A stretch of DNA of 56,093 bases, filler included, from Asterionella formosa (taxonomy: Eukaryota), in the NCBI GenBank assembly GCA_002256025.1. It is 4 parts of 4 records of this genome, joined end to end, with 100 filler letters (N's around TTAATTAATTAA, not from the genome) between each part and the next. Parts side by side here need not be neighbours in the genome. Positions count along the whole stretch, not along the records: positions 42,156 to 56,093 come from NKIB01006296.1; 3 more parts are not named here. The stretch is one strand, 5' to 3'. The notes under the pieces are model-generated. The model was given only the letters and a program-made list of their open reading frames with translations. It did not search any database and was not told the origin of the DNA. Shown piece after piece: positions 47,000 through 56,093 of this stretch (position 1 is the stretch's first letter; each line of letters opens with the position of its first letter). The position numbers were made by a program, and so were the translations under genes.

Positions 47000-49532
47000 T
47001 GTTGGAGAAATTATTTTAGGAAAGAAATCCCGGTATAAATTACTTACTACATACTGAATCGAATGAATCAAAAAAGAATATGGTACCAGAGAATTCGAAA
47101 ACAATCTACGCCAACAGTAAAACCCATAATTCTACTATTAAAACTCTTAGGAACGATTACAATTGATTACGGCAACATCGTTGTTCATAACTACAGCACA
47201 GCCTGTTTGGTCCCTGACGTGTCCTTACAGGATACAAGAAAGCATAGAGTGCTTTGGGACGCAATTTCAACAGTTTTAGTAGAATTAGCCGGCCAGAGAG
47301 AGCCGTATATTACAATCAACAACAGGTGGACCGTTGAGAGTCCACAAGGCGCATCATGAGTGGCAAAGGAAAGTTTACCAAGAAGGCTCAAGCCAAGGGC
47401 AATTCTCAAGCCAAGGGAGGGAGCATTGCTTCTCACACAATCAAGAAGTCAGTCAATGACTACAACTACTACCTCGGGTCAGCAAAGCAGCCAGGCATCT
47501 GATTATGAGACTACTACTGAGTAACTCATCAATCACATCAAGAAAGTGTTCGACTATGGCAACGACATAGGAACTGCGCTCAAGTTGTAAGAACCTGTCA
47601 ACACATCGGCATGGAAGCCAAGAATGCAAGTGAGCATTGCAACAACAGAAGAAGATCGCACTGCAGAGAATCGACAATGTGAGATTGAGTTCAAGGCTGA
47701 CTATGACACCTACAGTAAAAGGGTACAGGCCTACAAAAATAATAATACCAAGGCATATGCGTTGCTCTGGGAAAGATGCAACAAAGCTATGAAGAACAAG
47801 ATCAAAGCAAGATCCAATTACAATAGGATCAAAAGTAACCAAATAACATAGCAATTAAAGAACATGCATTAAATATTCAAGAAAATCGATATTTTATGTC
47901 AATCATTTTAGATGCAATGAGAACGCTTTTATTTACAAAGCAAAAGGAAGGAGAAAGTCTACGAGACTGCACCAAGAGATTTCGTGTGGTATGAGATGTG
48001 CTTAAGTTACACATGGGAGGACCCATTATCCTCACCAAGTTTGTTGAAGCCATGGATGGATACAACAAGACTGACATCAAGCCACAAGATAAATTTCGCG
48101 AACAAGCTTTCAGTCAATTTATGGCCTATTTATACCTCGATAATGCGGAAAAAGCCAAATATGGATCAATTATGAATGGGCTGAAGACTCAACTATCACT
48201 CGGCAATGATCAATGAGCATACCCAAAGACCATCACAGAATCAAATAATGTTCTCAGCAAATATCGGTGTGACATAACATATAAACCCAACAGTCACAAA
48301 AACCCAGGAAATCGTAATAAAGACAGAAAACAAAAGGATGCAGGGAAGGAACAAGACGAAGATGTGAACTTATTCTTTGCACAGTTAGAGGGAAAATGTT
48401 ACTGCTGCGGTAGAGCAGGTCACAAATCTCCTTCGTGCCAAGACAAGAATTAACCCAAAGAGGAATGGGCTATCAACAAGGCCCAAAGCGATGCACAGGC
48501 ACAGGCTAATACCTCTGTTAATTCCAACAACCCACCATCATCACAAGATTCACAACAAGCAAATGTCAATCAATTTGGATGGGCGGGAGCTCATATGAAA
48601 CCACAATTTTACCAAGCATCTGAGATGCGTAACTGGATACTATTGGATAATCAATCAAGTGTCACAGTCTTTTGCAATCCGAAAATGGTTGAAAACATTT
48701 GAATGTCAACCAATGGAAGCATGCACCTGGCCACAAATGGTGGATCCATGGTCACTAATATGAATGCTGATCTTCCACAATAAGGAGAAGTATGGATTAA
48801 TGAGAAGTCAATCACCAACATCTTCAGTTATGCCGAAATGGCAGATAGGTACAGAATTACCTATGACTCTGAGAAAGAAGATGCATTTATTGTTCATTTG
48901 CTTGACAAGAAACCAGTTTGATTCGAAAGAATTGGGATGAACTTATATGTTTTCAAGCCTCCTAGTACAACAATTAAGGCGAAGAATGCTCAAATGTTAA
49001 ATACAGTTGTAGAAAACAAAACATTTTATACTGAATGTCAATTTGAAAGTGCCAAGCAAGCTCGTGATCTATTTCATGCCTTGGGTACACCATCAATTAA
49101 TGATTTCAAGGCAAGAATTTGTATGAATACGATCAGCAATAATCGAGTGTCTACCGATGATATCAATGTTGCAGAGAAAATTTTTGGACCTGACATCAGA
49201 ACACTATAACGCAAGATAACTCGTCGCAAGCTGTGCCAGTCGTGAACAACTAGTACATCGAGATCCCTAAGGAGCTTATTCGAGCTCAACGCAAAGTGAT
49301 TCTTTGCATGGATGGAATGAAAGTGAATGGACAATCATTTCTCACAAAATTTTCTAGAAACATTATATATAGAACAGCGCAATGGGTCAAGAATCAGACA
49401 GCTGAAGTCTATCTAGATGCTTTGATTCAGGTATTCCATGTTTATAATACCGGAGGATTTAAAATTACAACAATCCACTGTGACAACAATGTTCGACCTT
49501 TGATGGAACAAATTATCAACGAATTTCAAGTC
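47000..49532 (+). mobile_element. Decayed, 3'-truncated Ty1/copia (CoDi-type) element: putative 5' LTR about 47000-47272, gag, zinc knuckle, protease, integrase start
   Basis: gag KKSVNDYNYYLGSAKQ...INHIKK, knuckle CYCCGRAGHKSPSC, protease WILLDNQSSVTVFCNP, ARDLFHALGTPS and integrase ILCMDGMKVNGQSFL...IHCDN. Many stops and frameshifts. LTR candidate TGTTGG...TTCAACA. Confidence 0.92.
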
Positions 49533-50266
49533 ACTAGATCCCTGCTTTTCTTGCCAATACAAGGAAATAGGCATCACTCCAACCAAGAATGTACATTACT
49601 TCTAAAATCGTCAACAAATGGAAGCACAAAGTAACAGTTGAGCTTCATCGTGACTGTTTTGCCTAATTGTTTGCGCCACTGACATACAATATGCTGCACA
49701 AACCTACCAACAACAGAGCTAGTATGGCTTCTATCTCAGGAGCCCATAAATTCTTTCATGAGATGTCGGAGATTAAAGTTATTGCTGTCCTCAGAACTGG
49801 GGGCTGCTGCACAAGAAAAGGAAAAAGCAGTTTCAATCGCTTGTTTCTATTGAAAAACAATGGAAATGTATCATTTTGTTGAGGGATTCTGACGCATTTG
49901 CTACTACATATTATTGGGAGTAACACAGAGGTAATAAAAACTGTAAAATAGTCATGGAGTCCAATGACTGAAAATAGTGATTGCTATCTACTTCTTCATT
50001 TTGCTACAGATTGACTCAGTTGACTGTGAGTCATAAAATAAGTAGATGAGCTTACATTGACACCTTTATACAAATAAACTAGATGTCAACAAAATTTGCT
50101 GCTGAACGGAAGAGTGTCTTCTTGGGGCTGCTATTACCCCCTCAGTTTACTGTACTAACACCATCTGTGGAGTTGCTGCTACAACAATTGCCCATTGGTC
50201 TCACAGCCCATGCAGACTATGCTGGCATTTGCACATTTTCCAGTATTCCTGTATAATCAATCTGTC

Positions 50267-52138
50267 CTAGCATTCAGCTAGTTGCACTTGGTACTTACAG
50301 TTTTGACAACAGCCTGGAGGGTCATTTTTTTGTAGGTTTTCTGAAAACTTGGTCTCGCTTGTCTGTGATGAATCTGTCGTTCCAATAGATGCTCTGGATG
50401 ATCCAGCTTTGCCTCCTTTACTGGAAAATGCTGATGGAGGTTGCAGTGTTTGAGACAGAGCTGCTGCCTGTAACAGCTGTTGCTCAGATGCAGCGTGCAT
50501 AGTCCTCTTCATTTTCCGCAGAACAATAATCCATGATAGTAATGTCAACAGGATGATACCTCCACAGATTACCAAAACCCACACCCGTCTGATTCCCAGT
50601 ATCATCACTTCTTCAGACGTCGGCGCCAAAATTGCGCGTGTAACATCACCTGCATGATTAAACTTGATTAAATAAATATCTGAGAAAAACTGTCCCTCGG
50701 ATCCTTCTACTAGCGATCCTGGTTGTTCATGTCCCCGGACCAATCCCTTTATAAATTGATTTGGGTCCTTACGGATTGCTCCCAAGACGACGTAGTCAAA
50801 TTTAGAAATAATATCCAGCGGTGGAGTATACAATGTCAAAATTTTGACCGTGACCTCTATCCAATCGTCTTGTGTGATGGTTTCTGCTAAACGACGTGTT
50901 CCAACTTTGCCAGCAGCTGAATCTGGTCCTCGTTGTTTGGTTATTTCAGCTCCCAAGACATAAGGTGCTTCAACTCCGGAGAGCTGTAGTGATAGATAAT
51001 TCGCCACTTCTTGACCTAAGAAACGCTTTTGCACATCGTTCATGGTGACACCAACAGGAACTCCTTTCATGGCCAAAAGCACCTGCGACGTCAGAGTCAA
51101 GTTCCCTCCGTAGACCACCTGCAGAGTATCTGAACCTAGTGCCTGTGTTATGTTGCCTTGTAGTTTGTATATGGAATACTCCACAATGCCTGAAGAAACA
51201 TTGTCTAGATGAGAGAATATCATAATAGTATCCAGCAACACACACCCATAAGCCCAGTCCGCAAAAGGACACTTGGTTGAATTTGTAATGACTGTCCTGG
51301 AAACAGTTGTGATGCTGTCCAAGGATAACTCGAAATTGTCCCTGAGATCTTGCAAATCTATACCTCCAATACTTTGTTCCATGGCTGTCCTGACCCCATC
51401 ATTCAATTGTTCCATGATGATATCTTTGCTAGTGCGCATCATTCTGGTCGTGGGAAATACCTTGACGTAAAATGGGTACGTGACTTGCGTTTTGATTCTT
51501 GGTATCTGACAATCCGTCGCATGTTTGTAGTGAAAGTATCCATTGAACTGCATGCCAGTCATGTTACTCTGTGATGTGTTGACCCTGTTTTGGGATAGTC
51601 CAACCCCCACATGGACCTGCAGGAAATCATCCGAAGCAAGTATTGTACCAACATTCGCTTGGTCAGTTCTAATGTATCCGTGATCAGAGTTTTGGAGTAT
51701 CACATAAAAGGACCGTTGTTCGTTCGGTTGCATTGAAACTTTGGTAAACATATGCTCGGGAATCAGAGTTCCCAGTCCTTCAAACTTCCAGACCGGCACA
51801 GCGGCATTTACAATTCTGGTCCAATTTTTCGACAGCGCAGAATGGTCCATCATCGCATCCGTCAGGTTGCCCCCCAATCGAGTATATACTTCCACATTTG
51901 TCGTTGCATTGAGAGACCGAATGTTCAGTTCCATGGCGTACACATCAATTGGATCTGTCAGGGATTCCACAGTAAACATGATACCGCCTCCCACATCGGA
52001 CTCCATTCCTTCCTTAGTCACCGTGCCAAGGGACGAGGTTCTGACACATGATTCAAGCATCAGGCCGGCGTTTCGTCGTTTCGGCATCGTCATCGTCATC
52101 GAAGGATTGTCTTTGTGTGTTGAATACAACTTGCTCAT
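50267..52138 (-). CDS. Hypothetical single-pass membrane protein with a diatom beta-rich extracellular domain; 5' end possibly incomplete
   Basis: 623-aa ORF. Domain GIMFTV...VEVYTR...RSFYVIL...VGVG...FNGYFHY. TM helix VWVLVICGGIILLTLLSWIIVL followed by RKMKR. A possible intron at 52143-52196 hints at an upstream exon. Confidence 0.78.
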   Translation of the reverse strand: MSKLYSTHKDNPSMTMTMPKRRNAGLMLESCVRTSSLGTVTKEGMESDVGGGIMFTVESLTDPIDVYAMELNIRSLNATTNVEVYTRLGGNLTDAMMDHSALSKNWTRIVNAAVPVWKFEGLGTLIPEHMFTKVSMQPNEQRSFYVILQNSDHGYIRTDQANVGTILASDDFLQVHVGVGLSQNRVNTSQSNMTGMQFNGYFHYKHATDCQIPRIKTQVTYPFYVKVFPTTRMMRTSKDIIMEQLNDGVRTAMEQSIGGIDLQDLRDNFELSLDSITTVSRTVITNSTKCPFADWAYGCVLLDTIMIFSHLDNVSSGIVEYSIYKLQGNITQALGSDTLQVVYGGNLTLTSQVLLAMKGVPVGVTMNDVQKRFLGQEVANYLSLQLSGVEAPYVLGAEITKQRGPDSAAGKVGTRRLAETITQDDWIEVTVKILTLYTPPLDIISKFDYVVLGAIRKDPNQFIKGLVRGHEQPGSLVEGSEGQFFSDIYLIKFNHAGDVTRAILAPTSEEVMILGIRRVWVLVICGGIILLTLLSWIIVLRKMKRTMHAASEQQLLQAAALSQTLQPPSAFSSKGGKAGSSRASIGTTDSSQTSETKFSENLQKNDPPGCCQNCKYQVQLAEC

Positions 52139-53399
52139 GGCGCTGTAACTAGGAATCCGGCAGTCTAGAAGGCAGTGCTTTATAGAACTCTCTTACCATG
52201 CAATGTTGAGTAGAATAAAATTTATGCGGGAAAATAATTGATATCTAAATAGTGTATACCGGTAGATCTTTGTCTTGCCTCCTACAATTTTTTCTCCTTT
52301 TTGTCGAGCAAGCACTACCAGATAAATGGTAAGGCGGCGTAATGTTGGATTTATCGCTCAGACGCGACATAAACTTTTTGTCTAGGAGAGAACCTAAGGA
52401 GTGGTCATCCTCTTTTTATTGTTAGTGTCGATTTCCTTGCGGAAAATGTTCACGAACGATTTTTACATTTGTGGCAGGCGATTGACATGAATTATGTCAT
52501 AATGTTTCCTTTCCAACCATTTCAAGCTTCATTATTCCTCCTTTATATTTATTTAATATCGCAAAGAACTTTATTGCTCATTACATTTTAGCCTCCTCCC
52601 ATGAGATCCTTACGTGGAAGTATAAAACGAAACAAATCATATTTGGATCATTCATTTTCTCACAACTTCATTGAATAGTACCTGGTACTCCGGTGTATAT
52701 TATAGAGTACAATTGTCCTTACTACCTGGTACTACACGTACATCCGTCGCGCACCCAAACCTGGTCCCATGCTACTAGGTACTGGTACCTGGTACCATTA
52801 TTGATGAAAGTGGAGTTGTGTGAATTCATGTTGATATTAAATGGTCCTGGGAGTGGGGTACCATGGTACCCTAATAGCAATAACCAAGGTAGCGGGGTTA
52901 TCGACAAATACCAGACTATCCATTACACAAGGGAAACAAAGGGACTCGATCGGTACCAGGTAACAGTACTCAATCACTCAAGCACCAACCGGCAGGTACG
53001 ACAGTGACAGGTAGCATGTGTCCCAAATGGACCTACGCTGATGTTTATAACCGACCAAGCAGGGACATATATTTAAATGACTGGCTGCTTAGGAGTGTAA
53101 ATGGTACCCTGTGCCCAATGTAAGTAAGGTGACCCTGGCAATTGCGGAAGGTTCGCTCGTTGCGAAAACAATTACCGCTAAACACAACATGCTGTATTAG
53201 ACATACAGACAGGACAAGCAAAACAAAAAATTTGACCAAACAGTGGCAGCGTCGAAAACATATACCATTGAAATACATATATACTAGCGGCAGGCGATCA
53301 ACAAGAGTTGTATAATACTTAGAGGAAGGTAGGTTAACCGATAGGCGTTAATAATTTGATAAGTACATCCTTGTTGCTAAAATTTGATCATACGGGGTA

Positions 53400-53980
53400 C
53401 CACATACAGTTTATAAATTCTCCCCACAAAAGCGGCATGACAAAACTCGAAAATGACCAATTTCGCAAATGTGCTGAAGTGTGAATGAATACAGGTATTT
53501 ATAGTAACCCGACAAATCTGTCCTTGTTAAAACAAGTTAAAGTTAGTATCGACTTATGTTGATTTCTGCCAAGCTGAAGCGCTTGTCGGGACATGATGTT
53601 AGCTCTACCGTAATGGAACAGCTCAGCATTGATGCGCCTCGCAAAACATTTTGCATTGTTGTATCACCAAAAAGCCGCAAAACATGCGCTATGTACTGAG
53701 CGTCATGAACCGGTAGGAGTATCTCCAGTAGATTTACACGGACTTTCTTGAATGTTTGTATTTTTGTCCTAGTATCATAAATATACCAGTAGATGAAACA
53801 AAAATTTATTATGATATTGCGGGCGGGTTCACGCTAGCTGATAGAGGTGCCAAAACAATCATCAGCTGCTTACGCACCAATGGCAGCAGTTGCACAGTGT
53901 TGTTGGCTGGGCGTTTCAATGTCTGGAGAAAAACTTGCTCCTCTTGTTGTTTTCAAAGGAGTACCTGATGCCAGGATTAT
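53400..53980 (+). mobile_element. Decayed pogo/Tigger-like (DDE_1) transposase fragment
   Basis: VDETKIYYDIAGGFTLADRGAKTI...CTVLL, then frameshifted SMSGEKLAPLVVFKG. The left boundary is approximate. Confidence 0.8.
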
Positions 53981-54229
53981 AGTCTGTTGAAGCATGCTCT
54001 ATTGTTGCATTGTTGAATCATAGACGTAATTCCACAGCATCATTGTGAAATAGCTCAAATCGTAACTTTTGATTCGATTTTACATGTTGAAGCTAGTAGC
54101 AGTATTGTTAACATAAATCACTATATTTGTTAAAAGACATGATTATAGACTCTTACTGTTCTACAATGTTACAATATATAGTATAGAATGAATTTCTGTA
54201 GCTTTATTGCAGACTGCTACACAAGAGGA

Positions 54230-54580
54230 GTCTACTCCTGGCCTTGAATACTATCCTCCATCAAGCTGAATGAACCCATTCCAGCATTCCTCTTGGTGCT
54301 TTTCTTTCTCATCATTGAACTTTCTTGGGTGTCATGCAAAGTATAGTTCTAGCACCTGCACAAACTTGTCAACATATTTTATTCTTTGCAATGGCAATGC
54401 AGCAACTTCCCTGCCCAGAAACCCAACAGTGCAAAAAATGACTTGCCCAAATATCCTCCACAACAGCCAGCTTGAACTTGATCACATCATCTGTTTTCAA
54501 AGCCTTCCCACAGCATTCATGTTGCTGATATGAGCACCCATTAATGGGAGCATTCAGACCAAGCAATGATCTCATCATGT
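54230..54580 (-). pseudogene. Decayed repetitive ORF of the 'NGRSCxxHxCCG...CxVGFL' type, recalled as an accessory ORF of diatom Harbinger-like elements
   Basis: GLNAPINGCSYQQHECCGKALKTDDVIKFK, then frameshifted CTVGFLGRE...KYVDKFVQVLELY. Confidence 0.5.
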
Positions 54581-55004
54581 CAACTGGTGCTGATTGTTGT
54601 TGACATGAGCGATTCATGGTTTATGTGCTGGTACGTAGTATTGTTGGTAGTACCAGGATCTTATAAAATTATTGGTAGCATCACTCAATTTCCGCCAAAA
54701 AAAGAATTACAGCATGTTACTTTGTCTATGTCTCGAAAATTTGTTAGTGTTTGGTGCCACTGCGAAAAAATGGACATGGGGGGCCACGTTCAAATGCAAC
54801 TTTAGCTTCCCTGGTACCGTATAATTCAGTGTCCTGCCCCCCCCCCCCCATGTCCACGGCCGGTCTGGAATTGGCTGTTTTGGGGGGGGGGGGGGGGGCA
54901 GGAAAACGAATAGATTTCCTTTATAATAGACTTATGTAAATTTTATCAACAGATGGCGCACATTTTTCTAATTTGTATTAAATTGAACAAGAAAGACGCG
55001 ACTT

Positions 55005-55230
55005 CATGTTGCTATCGGCGATCTCAATTTTCGTTATCATTAATAGTGTTATTACATCACTTTTTTGGCCATTATATTTTCTATGTCTTGCTTAATGAAG
55101 TTAGTTAGCAGCAAAGTGTTGTTCTCAATTTTCGCGGAGATAATTCGTATTTTTGTCATGGTCATGGTTGCGACAACATGATGCAGGATTCCCCAGCTGC
55201 TCACAACCACCACCTGCGCACTCAAGTGTT
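55005..55230 (+). repeat. Dispersed repeat of about 270 bp, copy C (more diverged, partial)
   Basis: Shares CAATTTTCGTT.TC, TAGTGTTATTA, GGAGATA, GTCATGGTCA.GG.TGCGAC.ACAT and GCTCACAAC with copies A and B. Confidence 0.65.
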
Positions 55231-56093
55231 TTATATGTACAAAGTAATCGCAAAATCATACATAGCTAAATGTCTAGCGGTACGAGAAAGAAAAAAAAGT
55301 ACGTTACTCTGTTTCTATGTGAAGAAAATTATTGGGTGTTTATGCAGTGCCAACACGAAAGAAATGCACAGGGCCTGCAACCTTAGGGGAAGGCCGGGTC
55401 TCTGAATGATACGGTATTCAATATTCGTCCAAAAACGTGCAATGTACCATGTAGTACGATGACTCTCAGCTTTTAGGTGCTATCTGGTACCACCTGGTAC
55501 CACCAGGCTAATAGTCTGGCGGTATGGGTATTGGCAGAATCGGGCGAGATATCTGGCACGATCGACAAGCCATTGTAAAGGCAGGATAGTCCTGGAATCC
55601 CGCCAAAAATCAAAACAGAACATAAAGAAAAGAACATTCTAAAATACTTATGAGAACCATTCCATAGAAAGGCATACTAAAATAGAAAAGATCCATCGTT
55701 CAGCAAAAGAAGGAGATGCGACAGTCACAACATTTGTGTATTGTCACCTGGTTATAACAAAAAGGCGAATATCATCCATCGTTCATTCACACATTGGATT
55801 ATTCTTGGTTTGCGGTCACACTTTTCCGATTTTGGCCTGCCATGCATGATGCATTGTTCAAGCAACAACGATGCTAACAACTGCAAAGAATCATCCCTTC
55901 ATGTCTTGGACTTTCCGCACAAGATCAAGTTGACTGAAGCCAAGAGGACTGAAGCCGCCAACACTTCACCACCACAGCAGCAATGATCATGGCGCCTCCT
56001 GCTGCTACAGAGAGGACAACAAAATGTTGGTCAGGACTCGAGACTTGTGGAATGATGGAAGCCAACTGCTCGCTGTTGCTGGCAGTCGACGCA

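Noticed and set aside
55925..56093. Minus-strand open frame with a hydrophobic stretch (FVVLSVAAGGAMIIAAVVV) entering from the window edge
   Set aside because: It could be the 3' end of a membrane-protein gene but is too short to support.

Overview
Eukaryotic nuclear scaffold, almost certainly from a diatom. The evidence is bipartite ASAFAP-type plastid presequences, short GT-AG introns and CoDi-type Ty1/copia remnants. It is a draft assembly with N gaps and TTAATTAATTAA linkers. Recognisable genes: plastid uroporphyrinogen decarboxylase, mitochondrial pyruvate dehydrogenase kinase, a mitochondrial carrier, a DnaJ protein, centromeric histone CENH3, AP-3 beta adaptin, a plastid-targeted auxin-efflux-carrier-family transporter, plastid FBPase, an ER thioredoxin/PDI-like protein and plastid GTPase Der, plus several diatom hypothetical proteins. 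Intergenic DNA holds decayed copia, pogo, Harbinger-associated and Ulp1-protease-bearing elements, solo LTRs, tandem arrays and a 1.5-kb tandem duplication. Most notable: (1) a three-exon gene largely invisible in the ORF track that encodes a barrier-to-autointegration-factor (BAF)-like protein; (2) a strong, non-coding enrichment of the palindromes TACCGGTA and TACCWGGTA; (3) several unusual hairpin architectures; (4) a duplication whose two copies carry different TG...CA inserts at the same site. All gene models were spliced by eye and family calls rest on remembered motifs, not database searches.
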